Sequence record: JX560968
Reading direction: 5' to 3' (one strand)
DNA from: Escherichia phage EC6
DNA: 64,000 bases
Part shown: piece by piece, positions 62,448-64,000 of the stretch
Numbering within the stretch: position 1 is the stretch's first letter
Layout of the letters: each line of letters starts with the position of its first letter
Notes under the pieces: generated by a model
Seen by the model: the letters and a program-made list of their open reading frames with translations, nothing else
What the model was told of the DNA's origin: nothing
Database searches by the model: none
Translations under genes and position numbers: made by a program

Positions 62448-62990
62448 ATGAAATGCTTTCACGGTACTACTCAAGAAAACTTCACCAACCTGATTAATAA
62501 CGGCGATAAGCCATCAGGTGCATGGAATTGTTCGGATATGGACGGCAATTTTTACGTGTATCCAGAAAATAAAATCTATGGCGACGATGCGGAAGAGATA
62601 GCATCCGAAGGTATCCAGCAAGCTCTGGGCAATGCCACTATCACCGCAGCTTTCCAGATGAAAACTCAAAACATTGTTATCTTGGAACTTGATATTCCAG
62701 AAGACGAGTTAAATGATGATTATTCTTGCGATAATATGTCTGGCGTGGCAAGTTTTACGGAATATTTCGATTTAAACTGGATTAAAAAGGTTTACACCAC
62801 TGAATTTAATGCCATGTTTTCACCATTTTGTCTGCCTTCACTGGATAACCCGAATTTAAACTATATTGATGAGTCTCTGGAACTCCTCGCTAAAAGCGTT
62901 CAACAGTCCGACAGTATTCAGGTTTTTTGTGACATCATGGACACACTGACGGAAAACATCATAGAAAGAGATTTGAAGGGCTTTTTCTGA
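62448..62990 (+). CDS. early acidic hypothetical protein
   Basis: 180 aa, Asp/Glu-rich. Confidence 0.4.
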   Translation: MKCFHGTTQENFTNLINNGDKPSGAWNCSDMDGNFYVYPENKIYGDDAEEIASEGIQQALGNATITAAFQMKTQNIVILELDIPEDELNDDYSCDNMSGVASFTEYFDLNWIKKVYTTEFNAMFSPFCLPSLDNPNLNYIDESLELLAKSVQQSDSIQVFCDIMDTLTENIIERDLKGFF

Positions 62991-63022
62991 AAACCTATAC
63001 AATCACCTTATAAACACTATTC

Positions 63023-63043
63023 AGCCCCTTGCAGGGGCTTTTA
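63023..63043 (+). terminator. rho-independent terminator
   Basis: AGCCCCT-TGC-AGGGGCT then TTTT. Confidence 0.45.
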
Positions 63044-63056
63044 AAGGGCTTTAATC

Positions 63057-63290
63057 ATGCTTACAACCGTTTACCTTATCCTTTCCATCTGTAATGGACA
63101 TTCATGTGATTTTAAAGGTCTCGAGGAGTTTACAGGGAGTAAAGAAAATGCTATTCAGGTTTGCCAGATAGCAAGACAAGACTACCCCGCCAGTGATGAT
63201 ATTCAATGTTACTTTAAGACAGAAGACAGCGACGGCGTTTATTTTGACAGCGTTGATGGTCAATATGAAATTATCATTGATAAAGACTAG
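63057..63290 (+). CDS. early hypothetical protein with hydrophobic N-terminus
   Basis: 77 aa; MLTTVYLILSICNG. Confidence 0.35.
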   Translation: MLTTVYLILSICNGHSCDFKGLEEFTGSKENAIQVCQIARQDYPASDDIQCYFKTEDSDGVYFDSVDGQYEIIIDKD

Positions 63291-63380
63291 ACAAGCCGGA
63301 TAAAAGTCTGTAAATTACTAATCAACGGGGAGGGGATGAACTTCCCCACTAAGTAAAACCCTTAAACTAGGAGATTCAAA
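63288..63380 (+). promoter_or_regulatory. promoter + 5' stem-loop + SD cassette (type I)
   Basis: TAGACA-N17-TAAATT overlapping upstream stop; GGGGAGGGGATGAACTTCCCC hairpin. Confidence 0.5.
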
Positions 63381-63722
63381 ATGGCTTATGTAACTGTAAT
63401 TACTGATAAAGCTGATTCATCTTGGCCAACTCAAGTAAGCGATAAGATGACACCTATGCAGTGCCTAAAATACTTTGAGCAATGGAATAAAGGAGAAGGT
63501 GTCAGCCCCTTTCAAGTGATGCAGGTTATCCATGTAAGCGATAAAGGGATTAAAACAGTTTTAAACAGTGAACACTATACAACACGATTTGAAACGAGAT
63601 GTAAAACGATGAAACTGTTACGCGAATCCGGTTATTCTCATATTGCCGCGCTAATCTGGGATGACTTGCTAAAAAATCAGCGTATCAGCTACGTAAAACC
63701 TGAAAAAATATTCATCAGTTAA
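63381..63722 (+). CDS. early hypothetical protein
   Basis: 113 aa. Confidence 0.4.
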   Translation: MAYVTVITDKADSSWPTQVSDKMTPMQCLKYFEQWNKGEGVSPFQVMQVIHVSDKGIKTVLNSEHYTTRFETRCKTMKLLRESGYSHIAALIWDDLLKNQRISYVKPEKIFIS

Positions 63723-63754
63723 TCAATAACTTACAAAAAACTTCTAAAAAAGTG

Positions 63755-63783
63755 TTGACAATACCCCTTGACATTGGTAACTT
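63755..63783 (+). promoter_or_regulatory. sigma70-like promoter TTGACA-N17-TAACTT
   Basis: TTGACA 63755-63760; second overlapping TTGACA at 63768-63773. Confidence 0.35.
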
Positions 63784-63852
63784 TGTTCGAGGGGGTTTAT
63801 CTTAAAGGGATTCACTTAAAAGATTTCTTTAAAGATAAACTTAAAAAATTGC

Positions 63853-63946
63853 TTGCAATCAGATATCAAAACAAGTAAATTACTAATCAACGGGGAGGGA
63901 ATGACCTTCCCCACTAAGTAAAACCCTTAAACTAGGAGATTCTAAA
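63853..63946 (+). promoter_or_regulatory. promoter + 5' stem-loop + SD cassette (type I)
   Basis: TTGCAA-N17-TAAATT; GGGGAGGGAATGACCTTCCCC hairpin; AGGAGATTCTAAAATG. Confidence 0.5.
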
Positions 63947-64000
63947 ATGAACAAATTTCAAGCTATCAACTATATTCGTTCCGTCAATGTCATGTCTAAA
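63947..64000 (+). CDS. early hypothetical protein (3' end outside window)
   Basis: ATG after type I cassette; reads MNKFQAINYIRSVNVMSK to window end. Confidence 0.35.
   Translation, partial: MNKFQAINYIRSVNVMSK

Overview
This 64-kb window is a segment of a virulent tailed dsDNA phage with a contractile-tail (myovirus-type) gene set. No integrase, tRNA, rRNA or CRISPR array was found. The gene content (thyA, frd, class I and class III ribonucleotide reductase, a Prs-like/NAMPT-like pair, rIIA/rIIB-like genes, homing endonucleases, about 39% GC by eye) is reminiscent of Felix O1-like phages of Gram-negative hosts; that assignment is an inference from memory, not a search result. Layout: (i) 1-18.9 kb, plus strand, morphogenesis: protease/scaffold, decoration-like, major capsid, sheath, tube, chaperone pair with a likely -1 frameshift, tape measure, baseplate, tail fibers. 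(ii) 18.96-28.98 kb, minus strand: thyA, frd, small proteins, DNA ligase, and a family A DNA polymerase interrupted by a group I intron carrying an HNH endonuclease. (iii) 29.2-59.3 kb, plus strand: dNMP kinase, primase-helicase, SSB-like, FEN, homing endonucleases, nrdA/nrdB/glutaredoxin, nrdD interrupted by an ORF-less group I intron, nrdG, a Prs-like + NAMPT-like pair (candidate NAD+ reconstitution anti-defence module), rIIA/rIIB-like, lytic transglycosylase, overlapping spanin-like pair, macro-domain protein. (iv) 59.4-64 kb: a direct-repeat array followed by small early genes, each preceded by a repeated promoter + stem-loop + Shine-Dalgarno cassette (PeSL-like). At least five conserved genes show single-base frame changes at A/T homopolymers, which looks like assembly error but is unproven. 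All functional calls rest on motifs read by eye; no database search was run.
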